DNA of 64,000 nucleotides. Origin: an uncultured Alphaproteobacteria bacterium. GTDB lineage: Bacteria > Pseudomonadota > Alphaproteobacteria > Rhodobacterales > Rhodobacteraceae. The DNA is taken from contig CAWHHV010000005.1 of assembly GCA_963829385.1 (NCBI GenBank), positions 30,593 to 94,592 on the forward strand. Direction: 5' to 3'. A model generated the notes under the pieces. The model was not told the origin of the DNA and searched no databases. It saw only the letters and a list, made by a program, of their open reading frames with translations. How positions within the stretch are numbered: position 1 is the stretch's first letter; each line of letters opens with the position of its first letter. Of the stretch, positions 21,298 through 30,921 are shown piece after piece. Made by a program: the position numbers and the translations under genes.

Positions 21298-22602
21298 ATG
21301 ATCCCGCGCTATTCCCGCCCCGACATGGTCGCGATCTGGTCGCCCGAGACCCGCTTTCGCATCTGGTTCGAGATCGAGGCCCACGCCGCCGACGCCCAGG
21401 CCGAGCTCGGCGTGATCCCGAAGGCGGCGGCGGAGGCGGTCTGGAAAGCCCGCGACGTCGAGTTCGACGTGGTCCGGATCGACGAGATCGAGGCGGTCAC
21501 CAGGCACGACGTGATCGCATTCCTGACGCATCTCGCCGAGCATGTCGGCGACGAGGCCCGGTTCGTGCACCAGGGCATGACATCGTCGGACGTGCTCGAC
21601 ACCTGCCTCAACGTGCAGTTGACCCGTGCCGCCGACATCCTGCTCGCTGACCTCGACGCGCTGCTCGCCGCGCTGAAGCGCCGCGCCTACGAGTACAAGG
21701 ACACGGTGACGATGGGCCGCAGCCACGGCATCCATGCCGAGCCGACGACCTTCGGCGTCAAGCTCGCGCAGGCCTATGCCGAGTTCTCCCGCAACCGCGC
21801 CCGCCTCGAGGCCGCGCGGGCCGAGGTCGCGACCTGCGCGATCTCGGGCGCCGTCGGCACCTTCGCCAACATCGACCCCTCGGTCGAGGCGCATGTCGCG
21901 CTGAAGCTCGGCCTGACGCCCGAGCCGGTCTCGACGCAGGTCATCCCCCGCGACCGGCACGCGATGTTCTTCGCGACGCTCGGCGTGATCGCGAGCTCGA
22001 TCGAGCGGCTGGCCATCGAGATCCGCCACCTGCAGCGCACCGAGGTCCTCGAGGCGGAGGAATACTTCTCGCCCGGCCAGAAGGGCTCGTCGGCGATGCC
22101 GCACAAGCGCAACCCGATCCTGACCGAGAACCTGACCGGCCTCGCCCGGCTGGTCCGGATGGCGGTCATCCCGGCGATGGAGAACGTCGCGCTCTGGCAC
22201 GAGCGGGACATCTCGCATTCGTCGGTCGAGCGCGCGATCGGGCCGGACGCCACGGTCACGCTCGACTTCGCGCTGGCGCGGCTGACCGGCGTCGTCGACA
22301 AGCTGCTCGTCTACCCCGACACGATGATGCGGAACATGAACAAGTTCCGCGGCCTGATCCACTCGCAGCGCGTGCTTCTGGCCCTGACCCAGAAGGGCGT
22401 CAGCCGCGAGGACGCCTACCGGCTGGTTCAACGCAACGCGATGAAGGTCTGGGAACAGGGCAAGGATTTCCAGGAGGAGCTGCTGGCCGACGCCGAGGTC
22501 CGCGCCGCGCTGAGCGCGGACGAGATCGGCGCGCTGATGGACCTCGGCCACCACACCAAGCATGTCGACACGATCTTTGCCCGCGTCTTCGGGGACCACT
22601 GA
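21298..22602 (+). CDS. purB: adenylosuccinate lyase
   Basis: MIPRYSRPDMVAIWSPETRFRIWFEIEAHA..GMTSSDVLDT..SSAMPHKRNPILTENLTG.. (fumarate-lyase signature). Start at ATG 21298. Confidence 0.9.
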   Translation: MIPRYSRPDMVAIWSPETRFRIWFEIEAHAADAQAELGVIPKAAAEAVWKARDVEFDVVRIDEIEAVTRHDVIAFLTHLAEHVGDEARFVHQGMTSSDVLDTCLNVQLTRAADILLADLDALLAALKRRAYEYKDTVTMGRSHGIHAEPTTFGVKLAQAYAEFSRNRARLEAARAEVATCAISGAVGTFANIDPSVEAHVALKLGLTPEPVSTQVIPRDRHAMFFATLGVIASSIERLAIEIRHLQRTEVLEAEEYFSPGQKGSSAMPHKRNPILTENLTGLARLVRMAVIPAMENVALWHERDISHSSVERAIGPDATVTLDFALARLTGVVDKLLVYPDTMMRNMNKFRGLIHSQRVLLALTQKGVSREDAYRLVQRNAMKVWEQGKDFQEELLADAEVRAALSADEIGALMDLGHHTKHVDTIFARVFGDH

Positions 22603-23116
22603 GCCCCGCTCGGCGGCCTTCGCGCCAATTGCTGGGCCAGCCACGCGGGTGCTGATCGTCGGCTCGCTGCCCGGCCGGGCTTCGCTCGCGCGGGCGGAAT
22701 ACTACGGGCATCCGCGGAACGGGTTCTGGCGTCTAGTCGGCGCGGTGATCGGGACCGACCTCGTCGCGCTCGCCTACCCGGACCGGCTGGCGGCGCTGCA
22801 GGCGTCGGGGATCGGGCTCGCGGACGCGATCGCGTCCGCCGAGCGCAGGGGAAGCCTCGATGCGGCGATCCGCGCGGTCGAGGCCTACGATCTCGCGGCG
22901 CTGGTCGGGCGCCTGCCGGCGCTGCGGGCGGTGGCGTTCAACGGGCGGACCGCGGCGAAGATCGGGCACGCGGTGCTGGGCGCGTCGCCCGGGCCGGCGC
23001 TGATCGACCTGCCGTCGTCGAGCCCGGCGCATGCGGCGATGGGGCATGCCGACAAGCTGCCGGCCTGGGCCGCGCTCGGGACCCATCTGGACCCGCCCCA
23101 CGGCATCCGCGCCTGA
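22562..23116 (+). CDS. DNA-deoxyinosine (hypoxanthine-DNA) glycosylase-like, UDG superfamily
   Basis: ..RVLIVGSLPGRASLARAEYYGHPRNGFWRLVG..AFNGRTA..LPSSSPAHA... The start is uncertain; ATG 22562 overlaps purB by 41 nt. Confidence 0.6.
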   Translation: MSTRSLPASSGTTEPRSAAFAPIAGPATRVLIVGSLPGRASLARAEYYGHPRNGFWRLVGAVIGTDLVALAYPDRLAALQASGIGLADAIASAERRGSLDAAIRAVEAYDLAALVGRLPALRAVAFNGRTAAKIGHAVLGASPGPALIDLPSSSPAHAAMGHADKLPAWAALGTHLDPPHGIRA

Positions 23117-23189
23117 AGCTCACGCAAGCTTTCGGGTCGCATCCCCTTCTGCTGCGGTGGCCATCCTCCGGACCGGCGACGCCGGACCG

Positions 23190-23927
23190 TCAGGCGACGC
23201 CGCGCAGCGAGGCGGCGGCCTCGAGGCGCGACTCGACCGCGTTGAGCAATGCCTTGCCGTCTCCGGGCTGCGCGGCGGCGCGAGTCAACGTCGTGTCGCC
23301 CAGCATGCCGGCGACCGATCCGAGGAACTGCGCGCAGTAGGCAACCGTGTCGGGATCCTCGGTGGCGATCGCGCCGATCAGCAGCGCGCGGGCCCGGCGC
23401 AAGTCATCGTCGAAGGCAGACAGCACCGAGGCCTGCCCCGCCAGCGCGATGTCGCGGGCGTCGGGGCTGCGGCTCGACGCGTCCGGCAGCACGCTGAGGA
23501 TGACCTCCTGGAAAGCGGCAAGCGAGGCGATCGGCTTCTGCAGGCAGGCAGCCGCGCCCGAGGCCAACGCCTCGTCCTGCCAGTTGGAGCGGTCATGGCC
23601 GCTGAGCGCGATCACCCCGTCGAACCTCGGCGTCGCGGAGCAGAGCTGCCGGACCAGCGCCATGCCGTCGCCGTCCGGCAGGCCGAGATCCACGAGGACG
23701 ACGCTGGGCCGGTAGATCGCCAGATGCCGGCCGGCCGCGTGCAGGCTGTCGGCCCGGCGCACGCGCGCGCCGCTCTCGGCGGCCATCAGCCGGATCGCCT
23801 CGGAAGCGCTGCGGCTGTCCTCGACCAACAGGATCGTCACCGCGAACAGGCACTTGCGGCGAAAGCCGGCGGCGAACCGGGCCTCGACCTCGGGCGGCAT
23901 CTCCGCCGGGAAGGGTGGCGTCATCAT
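23190..23927 (-). CDS. response regulator: REC domain plus helical Hpt-like C-terminal domain
   Basis: REC motifs ..ILLVEDS.. and ..VVLVDLGLPDGDG... The C-terminal ..YCAQFLGSVAGMLGD.. resembles the HxxKGxAxxxG Hpt motif with Gln in place of His. Confidence 0.7.
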   Translation of the reverse strand: MMTPPFPAEMPPEVEARFAAGFRRKCLFAVTILLVEDSRSASEAIRLMAAESGARVRRADSLHAAGRHLAIYRPSVVLVDLGLPDGDGMALVRQLCSATPRFDGVIALSGHDRSNWQDEALASGAAACLQKPIASLAAFQEVILSVLPDASSRSPDARDIALAGQASVLSAFDDDLRRARALLIGAIATEDPDTVAYCAQFLGSVAGMLGDTTLTRAAAQPGDGKALLNAVESRLEAAASLRGVA

Positions 23928-24059
23928 CGCGGAACTCCTGAACGCGGGGTACAGGGCTGCGATAAGAGGGCGGTCAACCCTAACAACGGCTTAATCCGAC
24001 CGGGCCGGGACCGGACTTGGGCGAACCAGGTCCAGCGCCGCGTGTCCAGCGCGCCCGCG

Positions 24060-24929
24060 TCAGATCCGCGACAGGAGCTCCGCCTTCTTGGCCTCGAACT
24101 CCGCCTCCGAGATGATATCCTTCCGGCGTAGATCGGAGAGCCGCTCGAGCAGCGCGAACACGTCATCGCCGCTCCGCGCCGACGGCGCGGGCTGGGCCGC
24201 GGCCGCTGGCGCGCCGCCCGGCGCCGGTTCGCCCTGCTGGGCCGGCGCTGGCATCTCCGCCGCGGCCTTCTCCGGCGCGCGCGGCTCCGGCTCCTGCCTG
24301 CCCTGTCCGAATTCGGGCGCAGGGTCGCCGACGACCGGCAGGTCGGACAGGCGGACGGTTCCGTGCTGGCTGGTGAAGGTCAGCGTCCGGTCGCCCGATT
24401 GCTGCTGCGAGACCCCGCCGATGCCGTGGTCGCCGGTGTCGTAGATCGTCACCTTGCCGCCGTGCTCGATCGCGACCCGGCGCGCGCCGGGAAAGACCGC
24501 GTAGCGCAGGTCGTTCTGCGCGCCGGTCGAGGACGCAGGGCCAAGGTCGCCCGGCCACCAGTTCCCCGACGCGCCGGAGCCCGCGACGAACAGGCTCACG
24601 CCCGATCCGCCCGCCGCCCCGCCCGACTGGGACTGCGACTGCGACGGCGACGCGAAGACCGACCCGCCGCCGATCAGCCCGCTGAGATCCGAGCACAGCG
24701 CGTCGACCCGCGCCTTCAGCCCGGTGTTGAACATGTCGCCGACCATGGTCATGCCGCCGCGCGACCACTGGCCCATGCCGCCCAGTTCGGGAATGTTGAA
24801 CTGCGCCTGGCTGCCCTGCCCCGCGACCAGCGCAAACAGCATGGTCCTCGCGGCCTCCGGGCTCACGCCATGGCGGCTGGCGGCGTCCTCGATGATCCTG
24901 CGTCCTTCGTCGGTCAGTTGCTGCGTCAC
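24060..24929 (-). CDS. SHOCT-domain protein of unknown function
   Basis: C-terminal ..DDVFALLERLSDLRRKDIISEAEFEAKKAELLSRI is a SHOCT motif. Gly/Ser/Gln-rich and Pro/Ala-rich linkers are present. GTG start at 24929 chosen because similarity begins at VTQQLTDEG. Confidence 0.6.
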   Translation of the reverse strand: MTQQLTDEGRRIIEDAASRHGVSPEAARTMLFALVAGQGSQAQFNIPELGGMGQWSRGGMTMVGDMFNTGLKARVDALCSDLSGLIGGGSVFASPSQSQSQSGGAAGGSGVSLFVAGSGASGNWWPGDLGPASSTGAQNDLRYAVFPGARRVAIEHGGKVTIYDTGDHGIGGVSQQQSGDRTLTFTSQHGTVRLSDLPVVGDPAPEFGQGRQEPEPRAPEKAAAEMPAPAQQGEPAPGGAPAAAAQPAPSARSGDDVFALLERLSDLRRKDIISEAEFEAKKAELLSRI

Positions 24930-25001
24930 GGTCCGGTGTCCTGTCTCGATCGCGCCGGCCTGCCGCCGGCTCCCGAGGGAGCACATAAGGCGCGGCCGGG
25001 C

Positions 25002-25559
25002 TCAGGTCATCCCCGGATGCAGCGGATAGGCGGCCAGCGTCTCGTAGACCGGCCCGCTCCGCCCGAGCCACGAGCGCATCAGGTCGAACGACCGCGCGTC
25101 GAAGGGCCCGGCGCGAAACCCGGCGCCGCGCGCCGCGAAGACGCGCATCCGGTCGGATTCCTCGCCGGTCAGGCCTGCGTTGAACCGCGCCAGCGTCACG
25201 TGCGGCCGGTAACGCGTACGCTCCATCTCGAGCCCGGCCGAGCGCGCGGCCTGCAGGACCTTGTCGCGCAGCTTGCCGAGGCCCGGCCCCGCCTCGACCT
25301 GCGCGTGCAGCACCCGCAGCTTGCCGTTGCCGAAGAGGCCGAGGCCGGCGAGGCGCAGTTCGAAGGCCGGCAGCCGGATCGCCTGCAGCGCGTAGTGCAC
25401 GTCCTCGACGACCGGCTCGTGCAGCTCGCCGAGGAACGCCAGCGTCAGGTGCAGGTTCTGCGGCTCGACCGGCCGGCCGCCCGGCAGGCCCGCCTGTGCC
25501 GCGACCAGGGCCGCGACGACGACGTCGGGCAGCGGAAGTGCGACGAAGGTCCGGATCAC
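25002..25559 (-). CDS. thpR: RNA 2',3'-cyclic phosphodiesterase (2H phosphoesterase)
   Basis: Two HxT motifs: ..NLHLTLAFLG.. and ..RPHVTLARF... The GTG start overlaps the rbsK stop (GTGA). Confidence 0.8.
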   Translation of the reverse strand: MIRTFVALPLPDVVVAALVAAQAGLPGGRPVEPQNLHLTLAFLGELHEPVVEDVHYALQAIRLPAFELRLAGLGLFGNGKLRVLHAQVEAGPGLGKLRDKVLQAARSAGLEMERTRYRPHVTLARFNAGLTGEESDRMRVFAARGAGFRAGPFDARSFDLMRSWLGRSGPVYETLAAYPLHPGMT

Positions 25560-26479
25560 CGCGCCAGCAGTGCCTCGACCTCGGCCAGCGTCGGCATCGA
25601 CGGCGCCGTCCCGGGACGCGTCACCGAGATGCCCGCGACCGCGCAGCCGAATCGCACCGCATCGACCGGATCCCAGCCGCGCGCCAGCGCCGTCGCTAAA
25701 CCGCCGTTGAAGCCGTCGCCGGCGCCCGTCGTCTCGACCACCGCGCCGGCGCTGACCGCCGGCACATGCACCGAGCGCTGGGCGTCATGGTAGAGCGCGC
25801 CCTTTTTGCCCAGCGTGATGACCGCGGCTCCGACGCCGCAATTCAGAAAGACGTCTGCCGCCGCGCGCGCCTCGTCGACCGACCCCACTGGAAGGCCGGT
25901 CAGTTCCTCGGTCTCCGTCTCGTTCGGCGTCACGTACGCGCAGAGCGCGAGCAGGTCGTTGCCGAGCGGCTGGGCCGGCGCCGGGTTCAGGATCGTCGGA
26001 ACCCCGGCTCGATGCGCGATCAGCAGCGCCCGCGCCGCCGCCGGCAGCGGCTGCTCCAGCTGGGTGACGAAGACGCCGGCGCCGGCGATCAGGTCGGCTT
26101 GCGCGTCGATGTCGGCAGGCGAGATCTCGTTCGCGGCGCCCGGCGCGATGATGATCGCGTTGTTCCCGGTTCCGGCCTCGATGAAGATGTAGGCGGCCCC
26201 GGTATAGCTGTCCGGATCGCGCGTGACCGCGGGCTGGACCCCCGCCTCGGCCCAGGTCGCCATCGCCATATCGCCAAAGGGATCGGCGCCGAGCCGGCTG
26301 ATGAAGTGCACGTCCGCACCAAGCCGAGCCGCGGCGACCGCCTGGTTCGACCCCTTTCCGCCCGGCCCGAGCACGAAGCTATGGCCGAGGATGGTCTCTC
26401 CGATCCGCGGCTGGCGCTCGGCGCGGTAGGCGGTATCCGCGACGAAGACGCCGAGGATGACAACCGGTTTCTGCGCCAT
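25556..26479 (-). CDS. rbsK: ribokinase (PfkB family)
   Basis: ..GPGGKGSNQAVAAARLGA.. and ..VETTGAGDGFNGGLATAL... Confidence 0.85.
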   Translation of the reverse strand: MAQKPVVILGVFVADTAYRAERQPRIGETILGHSFVLGPGGKGSNQAVAAARLGADVHFISRLGADPFGDMAMATWAEAGVQPAVTRDPDSYTGAAYIFIEAGTGNNAIIIAPGAANEISPADIDAQADLIAGAGVFVTQLEQPLPAAARALLIAHRAGVPTILNPAPAQPLGNDLLALCAYVTPNETETEELTGLPVGSVDEARAAADVFLNCGVGAAVITLGKKGALYHDAQRSVHVPAVSAGAVVETTGAGDGFNGGLATALARGWDPVDAVRFGCAVAGISVTRPGTAPSMPTLAEVEALLAR

Positions 26480-26483
26480 CCGA

Positions 26484-26933
26484 TCAGGCCTCCGGCGGGA
26501 TCACGCCCTTGCGCAGCGCGAAGCAGCCGTAGAAGCGGCGCTCGCCGGTCTGGATCACCGCATAGGCGGATTTCGCCCGCTCGTAGAACGCATAGCGCTC
26601 GATGCTGATCATCGGCCAGGATTTGCCCTCGGCCGCGTCGATCTCGGCCTGGACCTCGGACGCGACCGGCAGGATCTCGTCCGGGTCGCCGACCACCTCC
26701 ATCCGCGCCGCCGCATCGTCGACGAAACTGTCGAGCGGATAGACCGACAGCACTGCCCTGGCGACGCGCGCAGCCGGATGGTCGATCCGCAACAGCTGGC
26801 CGTACCCGGTCATGGCGGCGACGCTCTCGGCCGGAAAGTTCGTGTCCACCAGGATCAGGTCGTCGCCATGCCCCATCGCGCGCAGCACGCCCAGAACCTC
26901 AGCGTTCAATAACGGATCAATGCCCTTGAGCAC
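26484..26933 (-). CDS. RbsD/FucU-family sugar mutarotase
   Basis: VLKGIDPLLNAEVLGVLRAMGHGDDLILVDTNFPA... GTG start at 26933 is preceded by AAGGGGGAG. Confidence 0.75.
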   Translation of the reverse strand: MLKGIDPLLNAEVLGVLRAMGHGDDLILVDTNFPAESVAAMTGYGQLLRIDHPAARVARAVLSVYPLDSFVDDAAARMEVVGDPDEILPVASEVQAEIDAAEGKSWPMISIERYAFYERAKSAYAVIQTGERRFYGCFALRKGVIPPEA

Positions 26934-27030
26934 CCCAGTCTCCCCCTTGTGATGTCCGGCGATCGTCATTTTCCCGCGCGCCGGTCGGGTGCGACTATCC
27001 GCGAGCCGCCGGGCATGATGCAAGTCCCGC

Positions 27031-28563
27031 TCAACGCGCCTTGAAGAGACCGCCGAGGATGCCGCGCACCATCGCCTGGCCCTGACGCGTGCCGAGCTGC
27101 TTGACGACTGTCCGCGCAAAGGCCTCGCCAAATCCCGCCTGGCTCGCGCTGCCGGAGGACCTTGCCCCGTCATAGCGCCGCCCGGTTCCCGCCTGTCGCT
27201 GCTCCGCCTTCGCTTCCTTGGCCTGCGCCAGCAGTTCCTCGGCCATGGCGGCCTCCCTCGCCGCCTGGTCGGCCCGCGCCGCCAGCATCTCGTGTGCGGA
27301 CTCGCGGTCGACGGCTTTGTCGTAGACCTTGGCCAGCGGCGACGCGCTGATGCTCTGGGCCCGCTCGGCAGCGGTGATCGGACCCATCCGGGACGCGGGC
27401 GGGCGGATAAGCGTGCGGCTGACCATCGCAGGCACGCCCTTGGCCTCTAGCAGCGAGACCACCGCCTCGCCGGTTCCGACCTCGCGGATCGCGGTCTCGG
27501 TGTCGAAGGCCGGGTTGGGACGGAAGGTCTCGGCCGCAAGCTTCAGCGCCCTGGCGTCACGCGGCGTGAAGGCGCGCAACGCGTGCTGAACGCGGTTGCC
27601 GAGCTGGCTCAGCACCTCGGCCGGCACGTCATCCGGGTTCTGGGTGATGAAGTAGACGCCGACGCCCTTTGAACGGATCAGCCGGACAACTTGGGCGACC
27701 TTCTCGACAAGCGCCCTGGTGGCGCCGTCGAACAGCAGATGCGCCTCGTCGAAGAAGAACGCCGCGACCGGCTTTTCGGGGTCGCCGAGCTCGGGAAGTT
27801 CTTCGAACAACTCGGACATCAGCCACAGCAGGAACATCGCATAGAGCCGCGGCGACTGGATCAGCCTGTCTGCCATCAGCACGTTGACCCGGCCCCCGTC
27901 CGCGTCAACCGCGATCATGTCGGTCAACTTCAGCGCCGGCTCCCCGAAGAATTGCGCGGCGCCCTGATTTTCGAGAATCAGCAACGCACGCTGGATTGCC
28001 CCGACGCTGGCCGGCGCGACGTTGCCGTAGGTCTTGCCGATCTCCTTGGCGTTGTCGGCCAACCAGACCAGCATGGCCTGCAGGTCCTTCAGGTCCAGCA
28101 GCGCCAGTCCCTGGTCGTCGGCGACCTTGAACGCGACGTTCAGCACGCCTTCCTGCGCATCCGACAGTTCGAGGATGTTGGCCAGCATCAGCGGTCCCAT
28201 TTCGCTGATCGTCGCCCGAACAGGGTGGCCGCTCTGGCCGAACAGGTCCCAGAACACGCAAGGGAAGCTCCGGTAGACGTAGTCCGCAAGGCCGATCTGC
28301 GCGGCGCGCCCCTGCAGCGCGTCGTGCGCCTTGCCCTCGGAGTCGCCCGGCCGGCTCAGGCCCGAGACGTCGCCCTTCACGTCGGCGACGAAGCAAGGCA
28401 CGCCGGACGCTGAAAAACCCTCGACCAGGATCTGCAGCGTGACGGTCTTGCCGGTCCCGGTAGCGCCGGTGATCAAGCCGTGGCGGTTTGCGTATCCGAG
28501 CAGCAGGCGGCGCGCCTCGGCGTAGCCTTCGCCCGCGCCCCCGACAAAGATGCTGTCCGCCAT
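27031..28563 (-). CDS. yjgR: HerA-like ATPase, DUF853/YjgR family
   Basis: ..[17 protein letters not shown] (Walker A)..[10 protein letters not shown]... Confidence 0.8.
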   Translation of the reverse strand: MADSIFVGGAGEGYAEARRLLLGYANRHGLITGATGTGKTVTLQILVEGFSASGVPCFVADVKGDVSGLSRPGDSEGKAHDALQGRAAQIGLADYVYRSFPCVFWDLFGQSGHPVRATISEMGPLMLANILELSDAQEGVLNVAFKVADDQGLALLDLKDLQAMLVWLADNAKEIGKTYGNVAPASVGAIQRALLILENQGAAQFFGEPALKLTDMIAVDADGGRVNVLMADRLIQSPRLYAMFLLWLMSELFEELPELGDPEKPVAAFFFDEAHLLFDGATRALVEKVAQVVRLIRSKGVGVYFITQNPDDVPAEVLSQLGNRVQHALRAFTPRDARALKLAAETFRPNPAFDTETAIREVGTGEAVVSLLEAKGVPAMVSRTLIRPPASRMGPITAAERAQSISASPLAKVYDKAVDRESAHEMLAARADQAAREAAMAEELLAQAKEAKAEQRQAGTGRRYDGARSSGSASQAGFGEAFARTVVKQLGTRQGQAMVRGILGGLFKAR

Positions 28564-28733
28564 GCCGGACCCTGCTCCCTTCAGTGATCTGTCGCGTACG
28601 GTTATCGACTACCCCCCTACGGAGTGCAATCGAGTCATCGGCCTGCTGGCGCCGAACGGACCGCCAAGCAAAGTCGCCTCAAGAACCTTCCACATACATT
28701 CGCGCAATTTTATGCGAGACTTGCGGCGACGGC

Positions 28734-28762
28734 TTGACGTGCTTTCTGCTCGGGCGTAGCGT
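28734..28762 (+). promoter_or_regulatory. sigma70-like promoter candidate TTGACG-N17-TAGCGT
   Basis: The hexamers at 28734-28739 and 28757-28762 have a 17-nt spacer, about 50 nt upstream of the orphan terminator. Confidence 0.3.
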
Positions 28763-28768
28763 CCCGGC

Positions 28769-28840
28769 ACAAGGCTCGGCCAGTCCGACAGGGAAATCGC
28801 GAAAGCGGGGAAAAGGACGCCGAGGGCGTCCTTTTCACTT
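28769..28840 (+). ncRNA. candidate small RNA (about 70 nt) defined by a promoter-like element and an intrinsic terminator
   Basis: There is no ORF. The element lies between divergent yjgR and the ialB-like gene and ends in the 11-bp hairpin plus U-tract. The strand is uncertain because the terminator is symmetric. Confidence 0.3.
28811..28840. terminator. orphan rho-independent terminator
   Basis: AAAAGGACGCC-gag-GGCGTCCTTTT is a perfect 11-bp stem with a 3-nt loop, with T/A tracts on both sides. Confidence 0.65.
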
Positions 28841-28938
28841 TCAGACGATCCCGCCCCGTGCCGCGTGTACGGCGTTGACAGGCAACTTCAACAGTGACAA
28901 TTGCGGCTTCCGTTGATCAAGGACAATACGAGCAGATC

Positions 28939-29661
28939 ATGCAATCCACCCGGTATTTCCTTTACGCCGCCACTGCCATCGGCTTGGCGCTCGCAACGCA
29001 ACTGGCGGCACAGGACGCGCCTGCCGCACAGGAACCGGCTGCCGACACGAGCACCCCGGAGGCGCCCGCGGTCGACGCGCCGGCTGGCGGCGAGGCTCCG
29101 GCCGCGGATGCGCCCGCCGCTCCGGCGGCGGCTGCGCCCGAGACCGCCGGCGGCGACGCCGGCTCTCCGGCGGCCGAGGCGAATCCCGTCGCACCACAGC
29201 AACCCGAGATCAGCGTGACCCAGCAGGGCGACTGGGAGATCGGTTGCCTTGCCGGCACAACGAACTGCGAGATGCAGCAGGTCGCCAACGACCCGCAGGG
29301 CAATCCGGTCCTGCTGGTTCGGGTGCTCAAGCTGCCGGCGGGCGCCGACGCGCCGGCACTGGCGATCCTGAACACGCCGCTCGGCACGCTGCTGCCTGCC
29401 GGCCTGGGCTTCCAGATCGATTCCGGCGAACAGGCGACCCTTCCGTTCGAGTGGTGTGTGCAGGAAGGCTGCGTGGTCCGCCTCGGCCTGCGCCAACCCG
29501 AGATCGACGCGATGAAGCGTGGCCGCGCCGTCAACATGACCGTGCGGTCGATTGCGGACCCCGACAATCCGGTCTCGCTGACGCTGTCGCTCTCGGGGTT
29601 CACGGCTGCATTCGATTCGCTGACGGTCCCCACTGCGCCGCCTGCGCCGCCCACGGAATGA
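28939..29661 (+). CDS. invasion-associated locus B (IalB)-family periplasmic protein
   Basis: Signal peptide MQSTRYFLYAATAIGLALATQLAAQ, an Ala/Pro-rich linker, then ..GDWEIGC..C..LLVRVLKLP..LPFEWCVQEGCVVRL... Confidence 0.7.
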   Translation: MQSTRYFLYAATAIGLALATQLAAQDAPAAQEPAADTSTPEAPAVDAPAGGEAPAADAPAAPAAAAPETAGGDAGSPAAEANPVAPQQPEISVTQQGDWEIGCLAGTTNCEMQQVANDPQGNPVLLVRVLKLPAGADAPALAILNTPLGTLLPAGLGFQIDSGEQATLPFEWCVQEGCVVRLGLRQPEIDAMKRGRAVNMTVRSIADPDNPVSLTLSLSGFTAAFDSLTVPTAPPAPPTE

Positions 29662-29665
29662 CGGC

Positions 29666-29698
29666 GCGCCGGCGAAACCGGCCGGCCGGCGCTTTTTT
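29666..29698. terminator. bidirectional rho-independent terminator between the ialB-like gene and the KAS gene
   Basis: GCGCCGGC-loop-GCCGGCGC (8-bp stem) followed by TTTTTT at 29693-29698. Confidence 0.7.
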
Positions 29699-29702
29699 AC
29701 GC

Positions 29703-30914
29703 TCAGGCGAACGCGGTCAGGATGATGACCGCGTTCAGCCCGCCGAAGGCAAAGGCGTTGCTCATCACCGCACGCACCCTCGCTTGGCGCGCCTCGTTCG
29801 GAACGATGTCGAGGTCGCATTCCGGATCGCGCTCACGGAAATTGATCGTCGGCGCGATCACCCCCTCTTCCAGCGCCATCAGGCAAGCGATCAGCTCGAC
29901 CGCGCCGGTGCCGCCGATCAGGTGTCCGTGCATCGACTTTGTCGACGAGATCATCAGCGCTTCTGAATGCGGACCGAACACGGCGCGCACAGCCGCGCAT
30001 TCGGTCCGGTCGTTCGCCGTCGTGCCGGTGCCGTGCGCGTTGATGTAGCCGATGTCGCCCGCGTTCAGGCCGGCGTCGCGCAACGCGCCGCGCATCGCCC
30101 GCGTCGCGCCCGTGATGTTCGGCATCACGATGTCCGAGGCGTCAGACGTCATCGCGAAACCGGTCACCTCCGCGAGGATCCTGGCCCCGCGCGCCCGGGC
30201 ATGATCGAAGTCCTCGAAGACGAAGACCGCCGCGCCTTCGCCCTGAACCATGCCGTTGCGGGTCGCGCAGAACGGCCGACAGCCTTCCTTCGACATCACG
30301 CGCAACCCTTCCCAGGCCTTGATCCCGCCGAAGCACAGCATCGACTCCGAGCCGCCGGTCAGCACGACCTTGGCCTGTCCCGCACGGATGAGGTTCAGCG
30401 CCTGTCCCATCGCATGGTTCGAGGATGCGCAAGCGGTCGCGACCGTGTAGGTCGGCCCCTGCAGGTTGTGCGTCATCGAGACGTGGCTGGCGGCGGCGTT
30501 GTTCATCAGCCGCGGCACCACGAACGGATGTACGCGGTTCTTGCCCGCCTCGTAGACCGAGCGGTAGTTCTCATCCTGGGTCTGCAGCCCGCCGCCGGCG
30601 GTGCCAAGCACAACGCCTGCCTGCTCGGACAGCTGCTCGTCGATCTCGAGCCCAGACTCCGCCATCGCCTCGCCCGCCGCGAGCAGCGCGAACTGGGTGA
30701 ACTTGTCGTAGAGCGTCAGCTCCTGCCGGCCGAAGTGGTCCTCGGCGCGGTAGCCTCGGATCTGGCCGCCGATCGTGATCGACAGCCGCCCAACGTCCTG
30801 AAACTCGAGATCTCCGATCCCGGACCTGCCCTCGCGCATCGAGGCGCGGGTCTCCGCGGCGGTGTGGCCCAGCGCATTGATCGCGCCGTGGCCCGTGATG
30901 ACGACACGCCGCAT
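29703..30914 (-). CDS. beta-ketoacyl-ACP synthase II-type (NodE/FabF-like)
   Basis: Cys-His-His active-site motifs: ..TVATACASSNHA.., ..INAHGTGT.., ..KSMHGHLIGGTG... Confidence 0.85.
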   Translation of the reverse strand: MRRVVITGHGAINALGHTAAETRASMREGRSGIGDLEFQDVGRLSITIGGQIRGYRAEDHFGRQELTLYDKFTQFALLAAGEAMAESGLEIDEQLSEQAGVVLGTAGGGLQTQDENYRSVYEAGKNRVHPFVVPRLMNNAAASHVSMTHNLQGPTYTVATACASSNHAMGQALNLIRAGQAKVVLTGGSESMLCFGGIKAWEGLRVMSKEGCRPFCATRNGMVQGEGAAVFVFEDFDHARARGARILAEVTGFAMTSDASDIVMPNITGATRAMRGALRDAGLNAGDIGYINAHGTGTTANDRTECAAVRAVFGPHSEALMISSTKSMHGHLIGGTGAVELIACLMALEEGVIAPTINFRERDPECDLDIVPNEARQARVRAVMSNAFAFGGLNAVIILTAFA

Positions 30915-30921
30915 CGTTGCG

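Noticed and set aside
27031-28563. HerA-like ATPase (YjgR) as a defence-system component.
   Set aside because: It is a stand-alone gene with no nuclease, Sir2 or other partner. This family occurs widely as a singleton.
28550-28759. 69-aa ORF in the yjgR/ialB intergenic region.
   Set aside because: It overlaps the yjgR start, has no SD and an unremarkable sequence. The region is better explained by promoter elements and the candidate sRNA.
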